DNA of 64,000 nucleotides from Candidatus Poribacteria bacterium (lineage in GTDB: Bacteria > Poribacteria > WGA-4E > WGA-3G), in NCBI GenBank assembly GCA_965232115.1, contig OZ246958.1, positions 4,806,991-4,870,990 on the forward strand, written 5' to 3'. A program made the translations under genes and the position numbers. A model generated the notes under the pieces. It was not told the DNA's origin. It did not search any database and worked only from the letters and a program-made list of their open reading frames with translations. Shown here piece by piece: positions 19,661-28,301 of this stretch; positions within the stretch are counted from its first letter, which is position 1; each line of letters starts with the position of its first letter.

Positions 19661-20374
19661 CTATGTTTTCGTCGGATCATTGAGACGTTCAAGATCAACA
19701 TGACGAGACATGGAGACATTTCCGCTCAAGACTCGTCCTGGTTCCTGTAGACTCCGGTGTCTCCAGATACTGTCATCTACATTGCTCATCCTGTCAATCA
19801 CCCCGTTCACCGTTGTATCGGTAGCATCTGGCATGGCACCGTAAGTAAACCGAATTTGCCAATTCTGAAGATTAATGCGACTTTTAGTCGTATTGTAAAA
19901 CTCAATCAAGACCGTATGGGAAAGCACAACAATGTAACCCTTTTTAAACAATTCATCAAGCTGAAACCTGACTGCTGAGCGTTCTGCTTTCTCCTTTTCA
20001 ACTAACTGTGCCGTGTGTTTCGGTGTGACCTTACGAATGACGAGAGCTTTAGAATGTGCTATAGAATCTGTAGGTTTCAGCAATTCAATTGTCACACCCG
20101 TGCCATCAGTCTCCTTCGCAGGCAAAGCATTCACAAGTCTCAAAGCTTCACTCCGGGTTAGCCCTAAATCCTCAGAGACATCCAAAGTGAACGTCCCACC
20201 TCCATCAATATGCATTGACGGTATATCTTTCGTTATAGAGTTTTGGGACATCTGTTGTGCGGAAGCCAAAGGCAACAGACACAAACCTGCCAATAGCACA
20301 ACGATGCTACTAATTATCGAAAACAAAATTTTCGTCTTCATGGAAATCTCCTCCTTGAAAAGATAATGGCTCAT
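19661..20374 (-). CDS. Hypothetical secreted protein
   Basis: Signal peptide (ILFSIISSIVVLLAGLCLLPLASA). No recognisable family. Confidence 0.4.
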   Translation of the reverse strand: MSHYLFKEEISMKTKILFSIISSIVVLLAGLCLLPLASAQQMSQNSITKDIPSMHIDGGGTFTLDVSEDLGLTRSEALRLVNALPAKETDGTGVTIELLKPTDSIAHSKALVIRKVTPKHTAQLVEKEKAERSAVRFQLDELFKKGYIVVLSHTVLIEFYNTTKSRINLQNWQIRFTYGAMPDATDTTVNGVIDRMSNVDDSIWRHRSLQEPGRVLSGNVSMSRHVDLERLNDPTKT

Positions 20375-20501
20375 GTCAAGACTAAGTGCGAACGGAAAAT
20401 TAAACCAGCATTTTCACTGACTTCGTTAGAGCAATAGCACGTCCTTTTTACATGAGCCAAGATAATATCGTTTCGTAAGAATTTCGTCGATAATTTGGTA
20501 T

Positions 20502-21098
20502 TTAACCAGTTTCAGAATTTTCTGATTCATCCTCTTCAAAGCGTTTCAGATATTCAATCGCTGTCTCCAAAATTGCAACGTTATCTTTGAACCTACCTAA
20601 ACCAGTATTACAACTATCGCATATCCACTCCCGACCCATCCCTGTGTCATGGTCATGATCAGGAACAATTTTTGCAGTTACATCGACAATTGTGCGTTTC
20701 TCACAGATAGGACATATAAAAACGGTTTGGTCTAATGGCCGCCTTGCTGTCATCTTTCTACGCTCTGATGCCCGCATCTTTTCTCCATCAATAACTTTTC
20801 GACAATCTTTACAACTCGGACGTGTCGTAGGCCTGCCACTCGCATTCGTCTGATTTCTGTCAAACTCTTCTTTTAGTTTGAGAATGTGACAGACATTGCA
20901 AATTTTGACTGAGTATTCTTCTCCGGTCTCACCAACATTTATAACAGAAAGAGAATCAAATGGTGCTATTACTACCTCATTCCTGCCAAGAAAATAAACC
21001 TGTACACCTTTTTCACAAAGTGAATTGATTATCCCAACGGAATTTATAACAATTCCATTGATAGGTTGAGTTGCAATAACAAAATCATCAGGTTTCAT
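20502..21098 (-). CDS. Putative type II restriction endonuclease, HNH (beta-beta-alpha-Me) type
   Basis: CPICEKR...DHDHDTG...CDSCNTGLG zinc-ribbon-flanked HNH motif. Overlaps the upstream methyltransferase gene by 11 bp. Low-GC segment. Confidence 0.55.
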   Translation of the reverse strand: MKPDDFVIATQPINGIVINSVGIINSLCEKGVQVYFLGRNEVVIAPFDSLSVINVGETGEEYSVKICNVCHILKLKEEFDRNQTNASGRPTTRPSCKDCRKVIDGEKMRASERRKMTARRPLDQTVFICPICEKRTIVDVTAKIVPDHDHDTGMGREWICDSCNTGLGRFKDNVAILETAIEYLKRFEEDESENSETG

Positions 21099-21888
21099 AT
21101 TGTATCTCTAAGCTCAGGGTCTCTATTCGTTTGTTAGCGATAGCAATGTACTCCTCGGAAATATCAATACCTATAAATCTGCGCCCGTGTACAAGTGCCA
21201 TCTTACCTGTTGTACCGCTGCCACACATGGGGTCAAAGACAACATCTCCAGGATCTGTCCAAGACAAAATATGATCTTCCGCTAACCTTTCTGGGAAAAC
21301 GGCAGGATGTTTGAAAGCAACCTTATCGGTGGTTGTGCCTCCATAACCTACGGCATAAGACCAGATGTTAGTACGCGTCTTTTCTTTTTTTAATTCCTTG
21401 AGCACCTTCTTGTTTATGCCATCAGACTTTTTGTTGTGGACAAGCATCTCCTTCCCATGTCTGACAGTTTTAGTTTTCAGCGGATTGAATGTATTAGGAC
21501 TACCCTTTGATAAGACAAACATAAATTCATAGCAGTTCGTGTAAGCGTTGCTTCGCATAAAGGGAGTATTCTTTTTCTGATAGATCATCACATCGTGCAT
21601 CTGAAAACCTATCTCTTGAAAAAATATCCCTTGTCTGAAACTGGTGAGCGTGCGTCCACCATTAATTTTGTCGCCGACTACCCAAACAACGATCCCGCCG
21701 GGTTTTGTGACTCTGTATAGCTGCTTTGCGATATTCTCAAAATCAAACGAGTAGCCCTTATAGTCTCGAAGATTGTCATAAGGTGGAGAGGTCACAGTCA
21801 AATCGACAACTTCCTCATCCATGTTAGACATAAATTCGACACAATCTCCAACAAAAAACCCCTGTTTTACCGCCATTTTTTCCTCCAT
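21088..21888 (-). CDS. DNA methyltransferase, beta class (N4-cytosine or N6-adenine)
   Basis: Motif IV SPPY (VTSPPYDNL) near the N-terminus and motif I FDPMCGSGTT near the C-terminus. This circularly permuted order is beta class. Confidence 0.8.
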   Translation of the reverse strand: MEEKMAVKQGFFVGDCVEFMSNMDEEVVDLTVTSPPYDNLRDYKGYSFDFENIAKQLYRVTKPGGIVVWVVGDKINGGRTLTSFRQGIFFQEIGFQMHDVMIYQKKNTPFMRSNAYTNCYEFMFVLSKGSPNTFNPLKTKTVRHGKEMLVHNKKSDGINKKVLKELKKEKTRTNIWSYAVGYGGTTTDKVAFKHPAVFPERLAEDHILSWTDPGDVVFDPMCGSGTTGKMALVHGRRFIGIDISEEYIAIANKRIETLSLEIQYET

Positions 21889-22023
21889 AAAAATTGGGTT
21901 GACATTCTATGGCGAGCAGAATAAAATAGAAGTGCCAACATAAAATGACAAAACTCACTCAGTTCATTTGGTTGGTCCGGGGCGACCCACATCGCCCCTT
22001 CCTTTAATATTCCACACTCTGAC

Positions 22024-22344
22024 CTATTTTATTGCTTCAACAACTACTTCAACCTTGATCCATGAACTCCATCCGTAAAATTCAGCCATTGCTAAAACAT
22101 AGGTTTTCGATCTACTGATCCATTCATCCATAATTTCTTTATCTACATCATCAAAATGACTGACTCGTAAGCAGATACTCTCTCCATCTATTCCAGGAAA
22201 ATAATAACCACTGAACTTATCTTGAACTATATCATCGCGCTGAAAAAGATCGTTTAACTGAAGTGCAAGCCACTCCAAACGGTTCGGAATATATCTTTCC
22301 AATCCTGGTGCTTTCTCAGACATTGTTAATCCCCTTTTTGCCAA
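22024..22344 (-). CDS. Hypothetical protein in the low-GC islet
   Basis: ORF of 106 aa immediately downstream of the XhlA-like gene (start adjacent to its stop). No recognised motif. Confidence 0.35.
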   Translation of the reverse strand: MAKRGLTMSEKAPGLERYIPNRLEWLALQLNDLFQRDDIVQDKFSGYYFPGIDGESICLRVSHFDDVDKEIMDEWISRSKTYVLAMAEFYGWSSWIKVEVVVEAIK

Positions 22345-22545
22345 TTAAACAAATTTAACAATTATAGCGACAACGATGCCTGTAACACCTATAGCTACGG
22401 TTACAGACCATTGCAGACGCGTTTCCAACCGAGTTATTCTATTATGGAGGTCCTCTTTGACTCCCCGAATATCACCCTTTAGATCGTCCTTTACTTCCTT
22501 AATTCGATTATCCAGACGTGTTTCAACTTTATCAACTTCTTCCAT
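22345..22545 (-). CDS. XhlA-like small membrane protein (coiled coil plus C-terminal TM), phage-associated family
   Basis: 66 aa. N-terminal heptad-rich coiled coil (RLDNRIKEVKDDLKGDIRGVKEDL), C-terminal TM (VTVAIGVTGIVVAIIV). The architecture matches XhlA-family proteins. Confidence 0.4.
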   Translation of the reverse strand: MEEVDKVETRLDNRIKEVKDDLKGDIRGVKEDLHNRITRLETRLQWSVTVAIGVTGIVVAIIVKFV

Positions 22546-22738
22546 TTTTGCTTGGAAACGAATAAAATCTTCTTTTGCTGCAGTTATATCAGGAATATTT
22601 TGCTCCTACATAAAGATCTCCTACAAAAATTCATACGGTTTTAGTGGGCGAATTCGTGATAGCACTACCCTAAACCGGTTTGGATAGTATAACATAAAAA
22701 TTCAAAAATTACTAATTTGTTACGTCTTAAAGCAGCAT

Positions 22739-23542
22739 CTATTTAAGGATACGCGCCATCCGCTCTTGAATCCACGCTTTATGTTCAGGATGCGTGTGAA
22801 TATAGAACGTGCCGTTTTGTATAGCACTATAGACCTGATCCGCCACCTTCGCAGGGGACAGTCCCGCCTCCATCTCAGCACGCGTATTCCGTGAACCGCC
22901 GATTACTATATCATGCGTCTGCTCCGCTGAATTTCGCAATGCGTCCGGTCGGTTCCGAGCAGATTCCAAAATTCCCGTACGGACCCATCCGGGACACAGC
23001 ACATGCACCTGAATATTTGCACCCTTCTGTGCCAACTCATCAGCGAGGGTCTCCGAAAGTACGACGACCCCGTGTTTGCTCACCTTATAGATGCCTTCGC
23101 CACTGCCGCCCACCAAACCCAAGATAGAGGCAGTGTTCACAATATGACACGCGTCCCCTTGTGCAAGCATGCGCGGTACAAACGACCGGATGCCGTGAAT
23201 CACACCCCATAGATTAACGCCTAACACCCACTCCCAATCGGCGAGGGTATGCTCCCAGACAGGACGACTACAGACGACCCCTGCATTGTTGCAAAGGATA
23301 TGCACCGCACCAAAAGTGTCCAGTGTCTGCACAGCAAGACTTTCGACCGCATCGGGATTTGAGACATCCGTTTTGACAATGAGAACCGTCGTACCTTTAG
23401 CACTTAAGTCCGCCGCAAGTTCGGCTAACGGTTGCTCTTCAACATCGGCGAGAACGACTTTCATGCCTTCCGCAGCAAATCGTTCCGCCAACCCTCTCCC
23501 AATCCCGCTCGCCGCACCCGTAATAACAGCAACCTTCTGCAT
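22739..23542 (-). CDS. Short-chain dehydrogenase/reductase (SDR)
   Basis: VAVITGAASGIGRG cofactor motif and a YxxxK catalytic region. Likely start is MQKVAVITG. The ORF extends to 23650 in the track. Confidence 0.8.
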   Translation of the reverse strand: MQKVAVITGAASGIGRGLAERFAAEGMKVVLADVEEQPLAELAADLSAKGTTVLIVKTDVSNPDAVESLAVQTLDTFGAVHILCNNAGVVCSRPVWEHTLADWEWVLGVNLWGVIHGIRSFVPRMLAQGDACHIVNTASILGLVGGSGEGIYKVSKHGVVVLSETLADELAQKGANIQVHVLCPGWVRTGILESARNRPDALRNSAEQTHDIVIGGSRNTRAEMEAGLSPAKVADQVYSAIQNGTFYIHTHPEHKAWIQERMARILK

Positions 23543-23657
23543 GACCTTTGTTTCCCCACAGAGTAAAATTAAAAAGTAGCCTGCAACAACGGCGCAGGCG
23601 GGTCTACGGAGAGATACCTCATCCATCAAAACCATCTGACCGAACCGCAAGGTAAGT

Positions 23658-24344
23658 TTAAAAATTCGATTGGCGTTGTTGGTGATATTCTTCTAACGCC
23701 TGATTCGCATTCACAATCGTCTCCAACTTCTCGACGAGGGCATCAATGTGTTTGCCCGGAAAAGCGAAGTAGAAATCATCGTCAGAAAGTGCGGTATAGA
23801 CGCGGTTACCGATACACCCCAAACTGCTCGCACCTCGATCCGATTGTATGACAGCAGGAATCACAGCACAAGTTGGTCTACCCATAACTCCGTTTTCAGT
23901 TCCAATACCGGCAGCAGTCGCGGCTTCCGCTAAGAGCATCATCTGTCTCGGCGTACCAGAAATAATAACGACATCCGGCGTGTCAGAGGCATCCGCTAAC
24001 GGAGAATAGACCGCGCTCTGGAAAAGGTCTTCGCGTCGCGGAATACCCGGGACCTCCTCCATGGAAATATAGCCGAGCTCGACCATCAATCCGAGGGTAT
24101 TTTGAAGTTCTTCGGCTTGCGCGTCTGGCAATTCAACGTTGTGGGTATAACACCCGATTGGACAGTTATAATGGTCGGATGCTTCGGTATAGAAAGTTCT
24201 GCCTTCCGCGGCGCGTCGCCAATAGGTGCAACCAGAGGCTTCAACTTTCTCGGTTTGAAGGACGTTATCAGGGGGTGTATCGTGAAAGGTTATCGCAACA
24301 GGGGTAGTTTCCAAATTGAGGAGTTGTTGAATTTGATCTGACAT
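23658..24344 (-). CDS. DUF169-family protein
   Basis: Matches the uncharacterised DUF169 family by length and pattern. Likely start is MSDQIQQ. Overlaps the radical-SAM gene end by 13 bp in the long-ORF version. Confidence 0.45.
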   Translation of the reverse strand: MSDQIQQLLNLETTPVAITFHDTPPDNVLQTEKVEASGCTYWRRAAEGRTFYTEASDHYNCPIGCYTHNVELPDAQAEELQNTLGLMVELGYISMEEVPGIPRREDLFQSAVYSPLADASDTPDVVIISGTPRQMMLLAEAATAAGIGTENGVMGRPTCAVIPAVIQSDRGASSLGCIGNRVYTALSDDDFYFAFPGKHIDALVEKLETIVNANQALEEYHQQRQSNF

Positions 24345-24409
24345 ATTTCTTCCTTTAGGGGCGAATTTTAAACGTGAATCGGGGCAAACTGCCCTTCGGT
24401 GGGTTCCGC

Positions 24410-25768
24410 TCAGCAGAACCACGCTTCAGTGATCCGCGGTGCGGGTTGATGTGATTCTTTGATCTGTCTTGGGGGAGCCTCTCCCCGCATATCAGCAGCG
24501 AGTGTCCATATCCGATAAAAGGTCTCCAGAGTGTCAATACCTGCCCGCGCGTCGTTCTCAACGAGGGTATTGACCGTTTTATGAAGTTCATCCATCCGCG
24601 GGTCCGGGTGTGCCCACACGTAACTGAAGGCGGCTTCATCAAGTGTGAGTGAAAGTGCCTTTACTTCAGGTCGGTCGAGTAGGTATGAACCGGGCGGAAT
24701 TAGCAACCGAACGGCATACTGCACGGGATCCACGTGATAAACAAGGCGGTGCATATCAACAAACTGGAGGATTTCAAGATAGTCGTCTAAGGCAGTCCAC
24801 GGCGTGAACGGTACCCATGTCGGACGTAGCGCGATCCCGGCTCCGTGAACGATGTCAAGCGCTTCCGCTACATCGGCGCGTGTATGCTGCTTCTCCAAAA
24901 TTGTCAACACCTGTTCGCTGAGTGATTCCACAGCAGAGATGACGAACCGACATCCGAGCACCGCGAATTCTGGAAACAGTTCCCTATTTTTCAGAATGTG
25001 TTCAATCTTGGTTGTAAAATCGAAGGTAAGACCCGGAGAAGCTTCGTGCATTGCGCGGAGGATGCGGAGTCCGTGCGTCGGACCGTTGAGAAAATCCGGG
25101 TCACCGAATGTAATATGTGTAGCACCTTCTACTACCTGTTCGTGTATCTCAGCGAGTACGGTGTCGCGTCGCACAGCAAAAAACCTACCTTCATAAACCG
25201 GTGGTATCGGGCAGTGTGTGCAGAGATGCTTGCATCCGTGTGTCGTTTCCGTATACCCGACCGTTCGCACCTCGCCTCTGTCTTCAAATTGCGCGTACAT
25301 CTCCAGTGGCGGCAGTTCCGCAATTGGGAAACCGGTTTCCTGTGCCTCAATCCCTTTCCCATCTACAAGAGATTGCATCAACGCAATAAGTTGTGTTGAT
25401 GCTTCACCACTGATACAAAAATCCACGCCGTGCGAAAGCAGGTAGTCGGCATTGAGTTTGGCGTAAAGCCCGTACATGCAGATAGAGACATCTGGATTGA
25501 CTTCTCGGATACGGTGCAAGAGGTGAACACCGAGTCGCAGTGCCGTATGCATCGGCACAGAGATCCCGATAAACCGGGCGCGCGCAACCTTTTCAAGGTC
25601 CAACGGTTCGACAGCAATATCAAGGACATCGGGTGTAAATCCCGCTTCTTCAAGAGCGCGGAGTGGACGGGTAAGCCCGATGGGTCGGTGCCCGAGCTCA
25701 TAGCAGGAGATTAAGAGAACTGCGCCAGGGGCGTGCATCGCTGGAGAGGTTAGTCTTTCCTTTCTCAT
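24410..25768 (-). CDS. B12-binding-domain radical SAM enzyme (class B)
   Basis: CKHLCTHC = CxxxCxxC radical-SAM cluster motif. The N-terminal ~140 aa resemble a cobalamin-binding Rossmann domain. Confidence 0.75.
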   Translation of the reverse strand: MRKERLTSPAMHAPGAVLLISCYELGHRPIGLTRPLRALEEAGFTPDVLDIAVEPLDLEKVARARFIGISVPMHTALRLGVHLLHRIREVNPDVSICMYGLYAKLNADYLLSHGVDFCISGEASTQLIALMQSLVDGKGIEAQETGFPIAELPPLEMYAQFEDRGEVRTVGYTETTHGCKHLCTHCPIPPVYEGRFFAVRRDTVLAEIHEQVVEGATHITFGDPDFLNGPTHGLRILRAMHEASPGLTFDFTTKIEHILKNRELFPEFAVLGCRFVISAVESLSEQVLTILEKQHTRADVAEALDIVHGAGIALRPTWVPFTPWTALDDYLEILQFVDMHRLVYHVDPVQYAVRLLIPPGSYLLDRPEVKALSLTLDEAAFSYVWAHPDPRMDELHKTVNTLVENDARAGIDTLETFYRIWTLAADMRGEAPPRQIKESHQPAPRITEAWFC

Positions 25769-25856
25769 GTTAAATAGGATAACACGCCGTCAGAGAATTG
25801 GCAATAGAATAATCGGTATAGACTGGATGAACCTTCTAACAACGCATCAAACCTAT

Positions 25857-27260
25857 CTACTGTGCCAGCCGTCGCAGAATGTTGTGCGTAATCCGTTCAA
25901 CCACTGCATCGCCGCCCGCCAATCCGTGCGACCAATCGGTTGTGGCAGCCGTAAAGACCGTCCCGCCTTGTGTATAGATGCCCATCGTTGCAGCACCCGT
26001 CCTCCCCCTCTCCCAACGTTCATACCATTCGCAATCATCAGAATGCCAACGTACAGGAGCCGTCGCGAGAATCTTGAAACCTTCAGGCGTACCGTCGCGA
26101 TAGGTCGGAACGGGCAGACCATCTTCAAGCGTCCACTCACATCCGTCACACTCGTAGCCGACGATGGTATCTGCCCCACCGAAAGTGTCATCTCTCGCGA
26201 GGTCTGTTCCCTCAAACACCCAATGCTCCGGACGATGGACGGTATACTCCCCCGGACCGTCCATAAACTGTCCGTGGCTCAAGTGATAACCGCCTTGAAG
26301 GAAACCAACACCCGTCAACTCATTTTCAGGACGACCCACGAGATAGTGACTCCAGAGCGTACTGAGGGTACTGTAATCATCGGTTTTATAAACCGGATCC
26401 TGATTGTAAGTCTGCTTCCAACAGACAAGTGCTCTGCCGTCGTCTTCAGAACGTACCTGCCAACAGACGGAGTTTCCACTGAAGAACGCAGCGTTCCCAC
26501 CGTTTGCGATAAACGCCTCAAGGTTATCACGCATCGGAGCAGACCAGTATTCATCATGCCCGACACTTAGCACGAGCCTATAATGCTCCAACATCTCAGG
26601 ACGGAACTCCAGATCGCTATTTGCAGCGTAATCAAGCGTGTATCCGTTCTGCTCTGCCCAGACAATAAATGGCAATTCCCAGTTCCTGAAGATACCGCGA
26701 GTCGGTCGGTCAAACGAGACACGGTTGCCTTGTATCTTGCTCTTCCCATGATACCCGTAAAGACTGAAGCCTCCCCAGTTGTTGTAAGCGTTGTAGGTAT
26801 TGGTGGAGAGCTGAAGCAAAATAGAGGTGTTCGCTCCCGATCTCGGCGAAGCTTGCAAGCCGATATTGCAAAGGGCAGGGCGGACAATAAAGAAAAGCGT
26901 GCTTTCAGCCGTGCGCCGGTTTCTATAGACGTGCTCACCACCGCCATCGGTTGCACGGAGTGTGCCTTCATAATAGCCGCTCCGCCATGCTTCAGGCACT
27001 TCGAGCGTAAAGACAGGGGACCATCCACATCCTTGCGATGACACATCTTCGGGAATCGGTTGCGCTTCACCGGGCAGCTCTGTTTGACGCCAGACAACCT
27101 CGCGCGTCGCACCGATGCGCGCAATCTCAAGTGAATAGTTCTCCGCACTCGTTGAGATGTGGAACGCAATCTCGTCACCGGGAGCATAACTGAGTTGGTG
27201 GGTGTATCCGTCAATATAGAGCGGTCTAATCTGGTTCTCGGTCTGCGTTAAAGTCGCCAT
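25857..27260 (-). CDS. Hypothetical protein, N,N-dimethylformamidase large-subunit-like (DmfA2-like) fold
   Basis: Pattern HDEYWSAPMRDNLEAFIANGGNAAFFSGNSVCWQVR resembles the DmfA2-like family. Assignment is tentative. Confidence 0.35.
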   Translation of the reverse strand: MATLTQTENQIRPLYIDGYTHQLSYAPGDEIAFHISTSAENYSLEIARIGATREVVWRQTELPGEAQPIPEDVSSQGCGWSPVFTLEVPEAWRSGYYEGTLRATDGGGEHVYRNRRTAESTLFFIVRPALCNIGLQASPRSGANTSILLQLSTNTYNAYNNWGGFSLYGYHGKSKIQGNRVSFDRPTRGIFRNWELPFIVWAEQNGYTLDYAANSDLEFRPEMLEHYRLVLSVGHDEYWSAPMRDNLEAFIANGGNAAFFSGNSVCWQVRSEDDGRALVCWKQTYNQDPVYKTDDYSTLSTLWSHYLVGRPENELTGVGFLQGGYHLSHGQFMDGPGEYTVHRPEHWVFEGTDLARDDTFGGADTIVGYECDGCEWTLEDGLPVPTYRDGTPEGFKILATAPVRWHSDDCEWYERWERGRTGAATMGIYTQGGTVFTAATTDWSHGLAGGDAVVERITHNILRRLAQ

Positions 27261-27419
27261 TATGTTGCTCCTTTGATGTATCCGGTATCACAGCATTGGA
27301 TGAAATATCAACACTCTCAAAGCTATTCTTTTGACTCTTTTTATTAAGTATGCTATTATTTTTACAACTTTTTTGCTTTTTGTCATCTTAATTTTCAAAC
27401 GCTGGGATTAAACAAACAC

Positions 27420-28277
27420 ATGAACACCAATCAAAAACAGTCAACCCCATTATCGCCTCAACAGATGGATCAGTGGGAAAACGATGGTTATTTGCTCCTA
27501 AAAGATGTCGTTCCGATGTCAGCTATCAACGGTGTGCGAGACAGCTTTGATCGCGTCGTGGACGGTATAATTCGCGAATTGAAAGAGGACGGAATTATTG
27601 AAGATGAAGGGGCAGAACTCCCTTTTGAAACACGATTCTCACAAGTCGCAGGCGAACACGCCAACCGCTTCGGTCGTTCTTGGCGCAACCAAGTCGCGAC
27701 CTCCGAAATTTTCGATATACACCACGCCGCGCCACTCGTGGACACAATCGGACAAATCACAGGCACAGATGTCATCGGACACCCCGTTTTCAATGCCCGT
27801 CCTAAACTCCCCGGTCAGCAACTGACCGTCGTACCGTGGCATCAAGACAGCGGCTATTTTGGAACAGTCAGCGAAAAGTCTCTTATCCCGACTGCGTGGA
27901 TACCACTCGTGCCAGTAGATGAAACTAACGGTTGTCTACAAGTGGTCGCAGGTTCACATCGGTTAGGCGTAGTCAATCACCACACAGAAGAACGGGAAGG
28001 GAAGTTTCTTGAGGTAATGGATGAACTCATCGAGGATTCTCGTATTGTCACGTGTCCGATGGAATTAGGGGACGCTTTAGTTTTTCACAACCTCACGCTT
28101 CACCGATCACTACCACACACCACAAGCGAGATGATCCGCTGGGCAATCGACATCCGCTACCTCCGTGATGGCGATCACCCCGGCACAATTTATTGGAAAG
28201 ACCCCGATTTCAAATGGGTCATCCGTAGCGAAACGCAACCCGTGACACCCTTCACGCAATGGCTTGAAATGTGGTAA
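27420..28277 (+). CDS. PhyH-family Fe(II)/2OG dioxygenase (third paralog)
   Basis: VVPWHQDSGYF and SHRLG motifs. Confidence 0.7.
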   Translation: MNTNQKQSTPLSPQQMDQWENDGYLLLKDVVPMSAINGVRDSFDRVVDGIIRELKEDGIIEDEGAELPFETRFSQVAGEHANRFGRSWRNQVATSEIFDIHHAAPLVDTIGQITGTDVIGHPVFNARPKLPGQQLTVVPWHQDSGYFGTVSEKSLIPTAWIPLVPVDETNGCLQVVAGSHRLGVVNHHTEEREGKFLEVMDELIEDSRIVTCPMELGDALVFHNLTLHRSLPHTTSEMIRWAIDIRYLRDGDHPGTIYWKDPDFKWVIRSETQPVTPFTQWLEMW

Positions 28278-28301
28278 GCCCAAAAACAGGGCAACGAAGG
28301 C

